Assembly: GCA_035906055.1 (NCBI GenBank) | Contig: JAMIFV010000016.1 | Location: 2,210-66,209, forward strand | Direction: 5' to 3' | Origin: Alphaproteobacteria bacterium | GTDB taxonomy: Bacteria; Pseudomonadota; Alphaproteobacteria; Rickettsiales; JABCZZ01 | Length of the DNA: 64,000 nucleotides | In this document: positions 9,103 to 18,433 of the stretch, one piece after another | How positions within the stretch are numbered: position 1 is the stretch's first letter | Layout: the number at the start of each line of letters is the position of its first letter | Program-made: the position numbers and the translations under genes | Notes under the pieces: model-generated | Told to the model about the DNA's origin: nothing | Seen by the model: only the letters and a program-made list of their open reading frames with translations | Database searches by the model: none

Positions 9103-10629
9103 TCACCAGTTGTCCGATTGCGCCGGTGCGGGTACGAGGGGTTTATCCTCATCCGCGAGCTTTGCCGCTTCCCTGCTGTTGAGCACATCGCTGGGCGACA
9201 TTCTGGCTTCCCTGGCGGATAAGGCCTTCTGCGAAACCTTAACCACTCTTGCCCTATTCTGTTCACCGGCGGCTGGCTGGAGGATGTGCACGTCTTCTGC
9301 TGGCATGGATTCCAGCAGCTTCGCCGCTTCCCTGCTGTTGAGTATGTCGCTGGGGGATGGTTTCACTACCACAGGCTTTTTATTGCCTCCGGCGGAAGGC
9401 TGCAGGTTCAGAACGTCTTCGTTCTTCAGGCCGTCTTCCTGAGCTTTGGGCAATTCGCTTTCAGGCACTGCCCCGGTTTCTTTCGGCGCAGGCATCGTGG
9501 TCAGCATTTTATGCTGTACGGCAGGTGCGGCAGGCTCCTCTGGCGGCAGCATGCGTATCGGCTCGATGGGTTTGGGCGAAGGCGTGTACTGGTCCACGTA
9601 GTTGGGATTGGCAATCTTAACGGGGATGCTTGCGGCAACCGGGGCGGTTTTTTCAGGAGGCGGGGACGGCGACTGTGCGACAGGGGCCTGCATTACCGGT
9701 GCTGCAACTGGCTGCACGGCGGCGGGGTATTGCGTCAGGTTCTTCATGGGGGGCGGCGGCGGTGGCGGAAGTTCGCCTTCTTCACCCGCGACCGACACAG
9801 TCACTGGCTTGCTGGCGATGCTGGCGGGCGGCATCGCGGGCATGTTCTTTTTCAGGGAGCTCATGCCTTTGGTTTCGGAGAAATGCTGATAGAAACGGAT
9901 ATTCTCTTTCATCTGTTTGAGCGAGATATCCTTGCTGCCGATACGCATGGCGGTTTCCATATCACCCAGAAGGCCGTAGGCGAGCGCAAGGTTCTGGCGC
10001 GACTGCGGGGTGGAACCCTTTGTCTTCATCATCGGTTCCAGTGTCTCAATGGCGGTATGGTATTCACCCGATAATATATAGGACATGGAGAGGTTGGTTT
10101 TGAAATCCGCTTCTTCCGAAGGGCTGAGCGATAATGCTTTCCTGTAGGATTGCTGCGCCTGCTTGTATTGCCCCAGCGTATCCAGCGCCACGCCCTGGCT
10201 GTTATAGACATAGGCGTTGCTGTTGCCGCTGGCGATAGCGCCGTCCAGAAGCTCCAGCGCGCTCGGCGCCTTGCCAGCGCTGATAAGGCTGTTGGCATAA
10301 GCGCGCATCAGGTCCGCATTGCCCGGATTGGCGCTGTAGGCTTTGTCAAGAATGGCAACCGCGCTTTCCGCCTTGTTATTGCGCGTATAGAAAGAGGCAA
10401 GCTCAATGGAGGATTGCGCGGAGCCGCTTTCAGCGAGCCTGGTAAACATGCGCTCGGCGGCGGCAAGGTCGCCACCGGCTTCAGACGCCATGGCAAGCTT
10501 TCGCTGCAAATCAGCGTTGTCGGAGACGATCGCTTCCTTGTTGTTTTTCTCTCCGGCATCGAATCCGGGCGAACATGCCGTGAGCATCGTGCTGCTGAGG
10601 GCAATGATCCAGAATGATGATGCGCGCAT
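9103..10629 (-). CDS. TadD-like TPR lipoprotein with long Pro-rich, repeat-containing C-terminal extension
   Basis: The ATG at 10629 gives MRASSFWIIALSSTMLTAC (lipobox), followed by TPR-like repeats (ALSLSPSEEADFKTNL, NLALAYGLLGDMETA). Convergent with tadC. The C-terminus has a PPPPPPP run and a duplicated SPSD(I/V)LNSREAAKL module. Confidence 0.55.
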   Translation of the reverse strand: MRASSFWIIALSSTMLTACSPGFDAGEKNNKEAIVSDNADLQRKLAMASEAGGDLAAAERMFTRLAESGSAQSSIELASFYTRNNKAESAVAILDKAYSANPGNADLMRAYANSLISAGKAPSALELLDGAIASGNSNAYVYNSQGVALDTLGQYKQAQQSYRKALSLSPSEEADFKTNLSMSYILSGEYHTAIETLEPMMKTKGSTPQSRQNLALAYGLLGDMETAMRIGSKDISLKQMKENIRFYQHFSETKGMSSLKKNMPAMPPASIASKPVTVSVAGEEGELPPPPPPPMKNLTQYPAAVQPVAAPVMQAPVAQSPSPPPEKTAPVAASIPVKIANPNYVDQYTPSPKPIEPIRMLPPEEPAAPAVQHKMLTTMPAPKETGAVPESELPKAQEDGLKNEDVLNLQPSAGGNKKPVVVKPSPSDILNSREAAKLLESMPAEDVHILQPAAGEQNRARVVKVSQKALSAREARMSPSDVLNSREAAKLADEDKPLVPAPAQSDNW

Positions 10630-10678
10630 AAAATCCCCTATAAGCAAAAACGCTTTAACTCGTGGGATAGTAACGTCT

Positions 10679-12697
10679 TTAGTTGTTTGCCGCAAGCGGC
10701 GCGCTGGAATGTTTCTTATCAATCTGCTGCACCGCGAAAGCAAACACATCGTCCGCATCCATGTACGACGTATCGATCTGTATCGCGTCGTCGGAAGGAA
10801 CCAGCGGCGCTGCCGCGCGCGTGGAATCGCGCTGGTCGCGTTCGCGCAGGTCTTCGAGCACGGAGCTGTATACTACTTCTATGCCCTCGCCCTGCAATTC
10901 GCGGTGGCGGCGGTCGGCGCGTGTTTCAAGGCTGGCGGTGATGAAGAACTTCACGTCGGCATCCGGGCAGACCACGGTGCCGATATCCCTGCCGTCCAGC
11001 ACGGCGCCTTTGCCGCTGGCGGCGAAGTTGCGCTGGAAGTCGAGCAATACGGCGCGCACTTCTGGTATGGCGGAAATGACTGAAGCCGCGTTACCCACGC
11101 GCTCCTGCCGCAGGCGCGGGTTGGTGAGGTCATTTTCGGTCAGGTCGCGCGCGGCGTCGATGGCAGCCTGTTTGTCGTAAGGGTCTTTCTCGGAATAGAC
11201 CAGCTTCAACCCCACCGCGCGGTAAAGGCTGCCTGTGTCGAGGTAGGGGATATCGTAATGCTCGCTGATGCGGCGTGCGAGCGTACCTTTGCCGGAAGCG
11301 GCGGGGCCGTCCACCGCAACGACAAAACTTTTTTTCGCCGTGTTCACTACGGCTGAATGCACAAGGCTTATCCTGGCACCTGCATTGTTGAACAGTTCCG
11401 CAAAGCTGGGGAAGCTGGTGGCGATGGCGGTGGTGTCGTCCACTTCCACGGGGTTTTCACTGGCCATGCCCATCACGAGGAAACTCATGGCGATGCGGTG
11501 GTCGAAATGGGTTTTAATAATTCCGCCGCCCACCGGGTGCCGGTTGCCGTGAACAATCAGCGTATCACCCTGAATCTCGGAGCTTACGCCGCAGGCCAGC
11601 AGCCCGTCATGCACCGACTGCAGGCGATTGCTTTCTTTGACCTTCAGTTCCGCAAGGCCGTGCATGGTGGTAGTGCCGCTGGCAAAGCTCGCCGCCACGG
11701 CGAGTATGGGGTATTCGTCGATCATGGAAGGCGCTACATGCGCGGGCACGTCCACACCGCGCAATGTGCTGTGACGCACCTGCAGGTCGGCAACTTCTTC
11801 ACCTGCGCTGATGCGCTTATTAAGGTAGGTTATGGATGCACCCATCTGCTGCAGCACGGTGAACAGGCCGGTACGCAGCGGGTTGATGCATATGTTGGGG
11901 ATGGTGATGTCAGAGCCCGCAACGATAAGCGCGGCAACGACCGGGAAGGCGGCGGAAGAGGGGTCAGACGGTACGAGCAGGTGCCGTTCCGCGCGCTCAA
12001 TCTTCTGATGGCCGTTGACGGAAATGACGGTGCCTCTGGCTTTGTCGTGTTCCACCGATACTTGCCAGCCGAAATGGCGCAGCATGCGTTCGGTATGGTC
12101 GCGCGTGGCTTCGGGCTCGATAACGGTGGTGGTGCCTGCGGTGTTGAGGCCCGCAAGCAGAATGGCGGACTTTACCTGCGCCGAAGCGACGGGCAGGGTG
12201 TAGCTGATGGGCATGGGACTGGCTGTGCCGGTAACGGCGGCGGGCAGTTTGCTGCCTTCGCGGGTTTCCACATGTGCGCCGATCTGTTCAAGCGGGGTTA
12301 TCACGCGCTTCATCGGGCGGGAGCGCAGGCTGTCATCGCCGGTGAAAAACACGCGGAACGGATAAGTGGAAACCAGCCCCATCAGCAGCCTTGTGCTGGT
12401 GCCGGAATTGCCCATGTCTAAAATATTGGCAGGTTCGCAAAGCCCGCCAGCCCCCACTCCATGGATGCACCAGCGGCCTGAGAGGTCTCGGGTCACGGTA
12501 ACGCCCATCTGGCGCAATGCCTCGGCGGTGCGCAGCACGTCTTCCCCTTCGAGCAGTCCTTCTATTGTGGTTCTGCCTAATGCCTGTGAGGAAAGGATGA
12601 GGGCGCGGTGCGAGATGGATTTATCGCCAGGCACGGCGATTTTTCCGCGGAAACTGGTGGCTTTGAGCGATCGTGCCGGTAGGGGGGGATGGTACAT
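10679..12697 (-). CDS. aroA: Bifunctional EPSP synthase / cytidylate kinase (AroA-Cmk fusion)
   Basis: The N-terminal part carries PGDKSISHRALILSSQA and LGNSGTSTRLL (AroA). The C-terminal part carries VAVDGPAASGKGTLARRI and DGRDIGTVV (Cmk). One uninterrupted ORF. The start at 12697 (MYHPPLPARSLK) is preferred over the track start at 12763. Confidence 0.9.
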   Translation of the reverse strand: MYHPPLPARSLKATSFRGKIAVPGDKSISHRALILSSQALGRTTIEGLLEGEDVLRTAEALRQMGVTVTRDLSGRWCIHGVGAGGLCEPANILDMGNSGTSTRLLMGLVSTYPFRVFFTGDDSLRSRPMKRVITPLEQIGAHVETREGSKLPAAVTGTASPMPISYTLPVASAQVKSAILLAGLNTAGTTTVIEPEATRDHTERMLRHFGWQVSVEHDKARGTVISVNGHQKIERAERHLLVPSDPSSAAFPVVAALIVAGSDITIPNICINPLRTGLFTVLQQMGASITYLNKRISAGEEVADLQVRHSTLRGVDVPAHVAPSMIDEYPILAVAASFASGTTTMHGLAELKVKESNRLQSVHDGLLACGVSSEIQGDTLIVHGNRHPVGGGIIKTHFDHRIAMSFLVMGMASENPVEVDDTTAIATSFPSFAELFNNAGARISLVHSAVVNTAKKSFVVAVDGPAASGKGTLARRISEHYDIPYLDTGSLYRAVGLKLVYSEKDPYDKQAAIDAARDLTENDLTNPRLRQERVGNAASVISAIPEVRAVLLDFQRNFAASGKGAVLDGRDIGTVVCPDADVKFFITASLETRADRRHRELQGEGIEVVYSSVLEDLRERDQRDSTRAAAPLVPSDDAIQIDTSYMDADDVFAFAVQQIDKKHSSAPLAANN

Positions 12698-12853
12698 TGC
12701 AAGAAAAGGTTGACTAAAAATTAATAAATTATAACGTGTTAATGCAGTATATTGGTAGTGCAAATGATACGGAAATTGAATAATATAAAAACTCGATTAT
12801 ACCTATACTGACGGAAAAACAATAATAATAGTCTATTACAGGGAGCCTCTATT

Positions 12854-13348
12854 GTGACTAATCCAGCCTTGGGTACCAAACGATCCTGTCCGCAATGCAA
12901 AGCAAACTACTATGACTTGAACAAGTCACCAGCCATCTGTCCCAAATGCACGCACCAGTTCGATCCCGCGTCGCTGGTGCGCAGTAAAAAGAAGGCAGTG
13001 CGCCGTTCGGCGGAAGATGAGGCTGCGATCAGGAAAGCGGCTGCCAAAAAAGACGAATTACAGAAAAAGAAGAAATCGTCCGATGATGGTGACGTGGATG
13101 GGCACGATATTGAGGAAATGGAGGACATGGACAGCATGGACGACGTGGACGAACTCAATAAACTTGAGGAAGACGAGGACGAACAGCTTGCCGAGGACGA
13201 TGCGGACGAAGAAGCCATCATCGAAGAGCTTGATACGGGCGGCAAGACCCTTGTCGATAATATCGAGGAAGAAGAAGCGCAGGCGCTTGTTGACGAGATA
13301 GAGGACGAGCGCAACGAATCCAGAAAACCGGCAAAACCTAAGAAGTAA
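12854..13348 (+). CDS. FYDLN-acid family zinc-ribbon protein
   Basis: N-terminus GTKRSCPQCKANYYDLNKSPAICPKC followed by a long acidic tail. GTG start. Confidence 0.8.
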   Translation: MTNPALGTKRSCPQCKANYYDLNKSPAICPKCTHQFDPASLVRSKKKAVRRSAEDEAAIRKAAAKKDELQKKKKSSDDGDVDGHDIEEMEDMDSMDDVDELNKLEEDEDEQLAEDDADEEAIIEELDTGGKTLVDNIEEEEAQALVDEIEDERNESRKPAKPKK

Positions 13349-13358
13349 TCACAGGCAG

Positions 13359-16268
13359 TTGACTATGACAGAAAAAGAACGCTTTGCACTTACCAGGCAG
13401 GATAAAAAGCTCATGGTCGGGGGGCTGGGACTGGTGCTGCTGGCGCTGACCCTCTTTCTGACATTACCGGCGCTTGTGGACACTAACGCGATCCAGAACC
13501 AGATCAAAACTTCTTTTAAAGCGTCCACCGGCCTTGACCTTGAGATACAGGACGGAGTGGAAGTCAGCATTTTTCCGTCGCCGCATGTGGTACTCAAAAA
13601 CCTCTATGTCGCCAACATTCCCGGCGCTTCATCCTCATTCCTCCTGTCCATCCGCACGATGGACATGAAATTGCAGACCACGTCGCTGTTCAGTGCCAAT
13701 CCTGCAGCGGACAGCATAACGCTTGACGGGGTCGTCATACAGATAGAACGCATGAAAAGCGGGCGGTTCAACTGGCAGGAGATCAGGCAATATATAGCCA
13801 ATAATGCGGTGAAAGACGCGGGAGAATCTCCCAAGATGGAGATCATCAGCAATGACGACGTGGGCCAGTTGGCGCTTGCCCGCCAGTTTGTGGATTTAGA
13901 CAGCCTTGTGCAGGGGCTTATCAAAGTATCCAACATCAGGGTGCAGGACGCGGAGTTGCATTATACGGACGGCCCGGCAGGCATCATAACGCATTACAAC
14001 GACATCGGGTTTGATTTCTTCAATAACCGCAGCGCCAAAACCGCCACGCTGACGGGAGGCCTTTATTACGGCGACTTTCCGGCAAGCATCAATGTTGAAC
14101 TTAACGATATCGAAGCATCGTATAAGCTCAAGACCACCACCGTTAAATTTCGTCTGGAGTCGGAACAGACCGCCTTTGAATATGAGGGCGATATCGGTTT
14201 CTCCGACACGCTGAGCATGAGGGGTAAAACAGTATTCCACTCCCCCAACCTTGCGCAGTGGGTCAAGCTTCTGAATGAAAAAGCCGGCGTAACAGTGAAG
14301 CTGCCAGCGAATGCCAGGCCCATCCCGGTTAAACTAAGCAGCAATGTGACGACTGAAGGCAAGAACATCCAGTTGCCTGAGATACTCGTGGAAGGTGGCA
14401 TTTTTAGCGGCAAGCTGGCTGCTATCATCAAGCCGCCTGCGAATATTGAGATCAAGGGTACGCTTGACAGTGTGGATATGGACAGCATCGTGGAGAGCGG
14501 GCTTTTCGCATCCGGGCAAGCTGTAAAGCAGGATAAGAAGTCCAGCAAAGATGACAGCAGCTCGGTTGCGCTCAACATGCTCGCGCAGAAGTCTTTCTGG
14601 AGTTATATCACCATCGGTGTCAGCGTGAAAGTAGCCGATGTAAGCTATAACAAGCAGAGGATCAAAAAAGGCCTTATCGAGTTTGACATGGCCGACGGCG
14701 ACATGGCGATCTCGCAGATATCCGGTTCATTCCCCGGCGAATCCAAGCTGCTCTTCACGGGGCTGGGCAAGGAAAGCTATCAGGGCTTCATGGTCGACGG
14801 CCAGCTTGACGGTTCCGGCGAGAATTTCGTGGATCTTATTTCGTTCTTCCGTACCGGTGGCACGACGTCATTGCCCAAGGATTTTAAACGTTTCCGTTTT
14901 AAGACCAATATGGTGCTCTCCAGCAAGGAGCTGCGCCTGACGGAACTATCCTCCCGCGTGGAAAACATGGCGTTTGTGGGAGGCGTTATCACCACGTTCG
15001 AGGATATCACAAAGGTGCAGGCCGCTATACGCATGGGGGGCGTGGATGTCGACCGCCTGATGCAGTCATGGGGCGTCAACAAGTTCATCGACAGCCTTTA
15101 TAACGAGGATATGAATACCGTAAAGGCAGATGATGAACTTTCGCGGTGGCTCAGGACTGCCGACTACGAGCTGGATGTACGAGTCTCCGCCGAGCAGTTC
15201 ACGCTGCATGGCAAGCAACAGGAAAAAGGCAAGATCCGTGTGGCCGTCACCAAGAACAGGCTGATGCTTACCGAACTTGAAGTGCTGTACGACGGCACAC
15301 AGTTCGGCGGTAAGGCCTCGCTGGATGTGGTAGGCAAGCTGCCCTATGTCGACATGGATATTTCCATGGATACGTTAGACCTGACCTCGAAAGCCGGGCA
15401 GAGGAACTGGGTATTCGATACAAAATCCGGCGGAGCGTCGGAAAAAGGCAAACGCATCTGGTCGCGCGAAGGCATCAGCTTCAGCTGGATGGATTTTCTT
15501 AATGCTACCCTGCATTTCAGGATTGGGCATATCAAGAACGGTGATTTTGAAGTCTCGTCACTGGATATTAAAGCGGCCATTGAAGACAGGACGCTGAACG
15601 TACCTACTCTTTCCGGTAACCTGATGGGCGCGCAGTTCACGGGCAAGGGCTTTATCAAGAACGGGCAAATTCCCACGCTTTCGCTCACGGGCGATCTTGT
15701 GGGCCTGGATGTCAACTACCTGACCGGCTTCATGCCAGCTCTTGCCGGGCTTTCGGGCAGGGTAAACTCGCAGCTTCGCGTCCATACCAGCGGTATCGAC
15801 GTCTATACGTGGCTCTACAACGCGCAGGGTACCGTCTTGTTATCGTCAAGGGATGCCACAATCGACGGCTTTAACCTTCCGGGCATTGTGAATGCGGTAG
15901 GCTATGTGCGCACGGTGGCGGACATTCTGGACGCGGTGAAAAGGGCATTCCCCGGCGGCAGCACGGTGTTCGACTCGATGGACGGAGAAATGACGCTGAG
16001 CAACGGCGTGATGAGAGTGCCGACCAGCGTCCTGAGGAACGACTTTGCCGAAGGCGAGTTCACCGGCCAGATCGACCTTATAAATTGGAAGATGGTGGGC
16101 AATCTCATGCTTGCCATCACCTACCTCGACAGGGTAACGCCGCCGAAAATGGCTATCAGCTATCGCGGCAATCTTGACGAGATAGAGAAAGAGCTGGATA
16201 CGAGCCTTCTTGAGCAGTACGTGGCGAACAAGACCTCGGAAAAACTGTTACAGTCCAACGAACAGTAA
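13359..16268 (+). CDS. AsmA-family envelope protein
   Basis: 969 aa with a single N-terminal TM (LGLVLLALTLFLTLPALV). Long beta-rich body, with C-terminal segments typical of AsmA-like proteins. Confidence 0.6.
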   Translation: MTMTEKERFALTRQDKKLMVGGLGLVLLALTLFLTLPALVDTNAIQNQIKTSFKASTGLDLEIQDGVEVSIFPSPHVVLKNLYVANIPGASSSFLLSIRTMDMKLQTTSLFSANPAADSITLDGVVIQIERMKSGRFNWQEIRQYIANNAVKDAGESPKMEIISNDDVGQLALARQFVDLDSLVQGLIKVSNIRVQDAELHYTDGPAGIITHYNDIGFDFFNNRSAKTATLTGGLYYGDFPASINVELNDIEASYKLKTTTVKFRLESEQTAFEYEGDIGFSDTLSMRGKTVFHSPNLAQWVKLLNEKAGVTVKLPANARPIPVKLSSNVTTEGKNIQLPEILVEGGIFSGKLAAIIKPPANIEIKGTLDSVDMDSIVESGLFASGQAVKQDKKSSKDDSSSVALNMLAQKSFWSYITIGVSVKVADVSYNKQRIKKGLIEFDMADGDMAISQISGSFPGESKLLFTGLGKESYQGFMVDGQLDGSGENFVDLISFFRTGGTTSLPKDFKRFRFKTNMVLSSKELRLTELSSRVENMAFVGGVITTFEDITKVQAAIRMGGVDVDRLMQSWGVNKFIDSLYNEDMNTVKADDELSRWLRTADYELDVRVSAEQFTLHGKQQEKGKIRVAVTKNRLMLTELEVLYDGTQFGGKASLDVVGKLPYVDMDISMDTLDLTSKAGQRNWVFDTKSGGASEKGKRIWSREGISFSWMDFLNATLHFRIGHIKNGDFEVSSLDIKAAIEDRTLNVPTLSGNLMGAQFTGKGFIKNGQIPTLSLTGDLVGLDVNYLTGFMPALAGLSGRVNSQLRVHTSGIDVYTWLYNAQGTVLLSSRDATIDGFNLPGIVNAVGYVRTVADILDAVKRAFPGGSTVFDSMDGEMTLSNGVMRVPTSVLRNDFAEGEFTGQIDLINWKMVGNLMLAITYLDRVTPPKMAISYRGNLDEIEKELDTSLLEQYVANKTSEKLLQSNEQ

Positions 16269-16421
16269 AAAAAGTCTGCTGTGCCCGGCTGCAAATCACA
16301 TTTTCTTGCGCTGCGCTGCGTATGCACCCCTTAAGCCATTGAACATTGGGGGCAGAACTGGTATGGCTCAAAAGCCTGCCTGTCGGGCTGTCCGTAATGT
16401 ATTCTACCTTTAGGCCCGCCT

Positions 16422-17687
16422 ATGCTGACCCACACGCGCGATGCAGAAACCAAGCTGGTTGACACCATGAACGGGCTTGCCGACGAGGCTCCCAGCTGGC
16501 GCGGTGTGTATTTCCGTTTTGAGCAACTGCTGGAGCAATACCGCAGCGACTACCAGATACAGATAGCGGTCAACCTGCTCAACGACCTGCTTACCACCAA
16601 TCAGGGCGGGGTGTTCGTCTGCTATGACCGCAGCATTATTCTGCTGTGCCGCAATGTGACGCGCAACAAATTGGAAAAGGCCATATTCCAGTTGCGCTAC
16701 CTGTTCATGGACGATCCGCTGGCTTATGACGCATCCGGCGATGAGAATCCAAATTTCTGCCGCGTGTATGATCTCGGCGTGGAATTCGCCGAGCTTTTCC
16801 AGTTATGCCGCAAGAAACATTCCCAGAGTGCGCAGGGCGACCACGCGAAAGAAAGCGCCGTGGCGTCCGTGCAGCCGCAGGGCAGGGAAGAGCCCGTGCA
16901 CAGCGCGGCAGCGGGGACGAAGCCGCCATCGGGCAAGCTGACGCTTACTCCCACGAAGCTCGCCCATATTGAACATGATCTTTACAAGGCCGACCTTAGC
17001 CGCGTATTCAGGCGCCAGCCTGTATGTGCTGTTACCATGGACATGAATACGCGCATGGTGTTCGACGAGTATTACATCCATATAGCGCATCTGCGACAGA
17101 TGTTGCATACCGACACGGACCTGCTGGGCAATCGCTGGCTGTTCAAATACCTGACCCAGTTGCTCGACGAACGCATGCTCGACATGCTGATGCTCACGCC
17201 GATGCGTTATTTCGATAAGCCGCTGAGCCTTAATTTCAATATTGAAACGCTGCTGTCGAAAAAATTCATCGAGTTCGACTCCACCATCAAGCTTATCATC
17301 AAGGTGCCGGTGGTCATTGAGATACAGGTGGGCGATGCTTTCTCCGACCTTGCAGGCTTCATGGCCGCGCGCAATATTCTTGAGCGCCTTGGCTACAAGA
17401 CCTGCCTCGACGGCGTAACCGGCTTCAGCATGATGCAGATAGACCGCGAAAAACTGGGGGTAGACCTTATCAAACTGCAATGGAATGCAGATCTGGAAGG
17501 GGATGCGAATAAAGTGGAGAACCGCCCCCTGAAGCGCGCCGTGGAGATTGCCGGAAGCGGGCGTGTTATACTCTGCCGCTGCGACACGAGGCAGGCAGTC
17601 AGCTATGGACAGGCCATGGGAATAAATTTATTTCAGGGCAGGTACATAGACCGGTTGGTTAATCCGAATCAGAAAGTAGAAAATTGA
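16422..17687 (+). CDS. Degenerate EAL-like protein (possible degenerate GGDEF-like N-terminal half)
   Basis: The C-terminal half follows EAL topology, but key motifs are altered: EYY for EAL, LDGVTG for DDFGTG, KLQ for KID, CRCDT for EGVE, QGRYI for QGY.F. The N-terminal half has a GGDEF-like beta-alpha-beta pattern with YDRS at the GGDEF position. Confidence 0.45.
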   Translation: MLTHTRDAETKLVDTMNGLADEAPSWRGVYFRFEQLLEQYRSDYQIQIAVNLLNDLLTTNQGGVFVCYDRSIILLCRNVTRNKLEKAIFQLRYLFMDDPLAYDASGDENPNFCRVYDLGVEFAELFQLCRKKHSQSAQGDHAKESAVASVQPQGREEPVHSAAAGTKPPSGKLTLTPTKLAHIEHDLYKADLSRVFRRQPVCAVTMDMNTRMVFDEYYIHIAHLRQMLHTDTDLLGNRWLFKYLTQLLDERMLDMLMLTPMRYFDKPLSLNFNIETLLSKKFIEFDSTIKLIIKVPVVIEIQVGDAFSDLAGFMAARNILERLGYKTCLDGVTGFSMMQIDREKLGVDLIKLQWNADLEGDANKVENRPLKRAVEIAGSGRVILCRCDTRQAVSYGQAMGINLFQGRYIDRLVNPNQKVEN

Positions 17688-18400
17688 TGGAATGGGCGAG
17701 TACGTTACAGGGGATCATCATTTCCGGCTTCATGGGGCTTGTTGCGGGCAACTTTGCCACCAGCCCCATTTTCCGCCTGCCGCGCAAAGAGTCGTTGTTT
17801 GGCCGCGACCCCTATTGCGGCGATTGCAACGCCATGCTGCAGCCCAGGGATCTTTTCCCGGTGCTGTCATGGCTTTCCACCAAAGGTAAATGCCGCTATT
17901 GCGGCGCGCCGGTGCCGGGCGCTTATACCTTCGCGGAGGCAGTAATCGCGGTATTGTTCGTGGTGTTCTTCCTGCAGCATGGTTTTTCGGAAACCTTCAT
18001 GCTGCTTTCCTTCAGCAGCGCCACGCTGATAGCGCTGGCGATGATGCTCTATATTGATAACTATTTTTCTGACCGGACGTTCGGCCTTGTGCTGGCGCTG
18101 GGGGCGGTATACCGGACGCTGACGGAGGCCACCATCTATGGCTTTGCCGGGGGCGTGTTCGCAGGCCTCATGCTGGGTGGGGCCATATGGAAACTCTCCA
18201 AAAAACCCATGGCGCGCGACTTCGGCGCTTTCCCGCCTTATATTAAGCTGCTGATAGCGTGCGCAGGGCTGCTGACCTTTCCGAAGTTCCTGGCCATCAT
18301 GCCGATATGCGCCTTTGCGGCGCTGGTAAGGGATCAGAAAAAATGGCTGCCGGAATATGCCATTATCGGCAGCACCATTGCCGTGCTGCTTGCAGCTTAA
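17687..18400 (+). CDS. PilD-type prepilin peptidase-like membrane protein
   Basis: N-terminal CGDC...CRYC Zn-finger segment with PVLSWLSTKGKCRYCGAPV, as in the DiS-P-DiS domain. Polytopic, with an IDNYFSD first-Asp region. Its ATG overlaps the upstream TGA (TGATG). Confidence 0.7.
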   Translation: MEWASTLQGIIISGFMGLVAGNFATSPIFRLPRKESLFGRDPYCGDCNAMLQPRDLFPVLSWLSTKGKCRYCGAPVPGAYTFAEAVIAVLFVVFFLQHGFSETFMLLSFSSATLIALAMMLYIDNYFSDRTFGLVLALGAVYRTLTEATIYGFAGGVFAGLMLGGAIWKLSKKPMARDFGAFPPYIKLLIACAGLLTFPKFLAIMPICAFAALVRDQKKWLPEYAIIGSTIAVLLAA

Positions 18401-18433
18401 ATAGTTCAGGGAAAATGCTTTCTCCGTGAAGAG

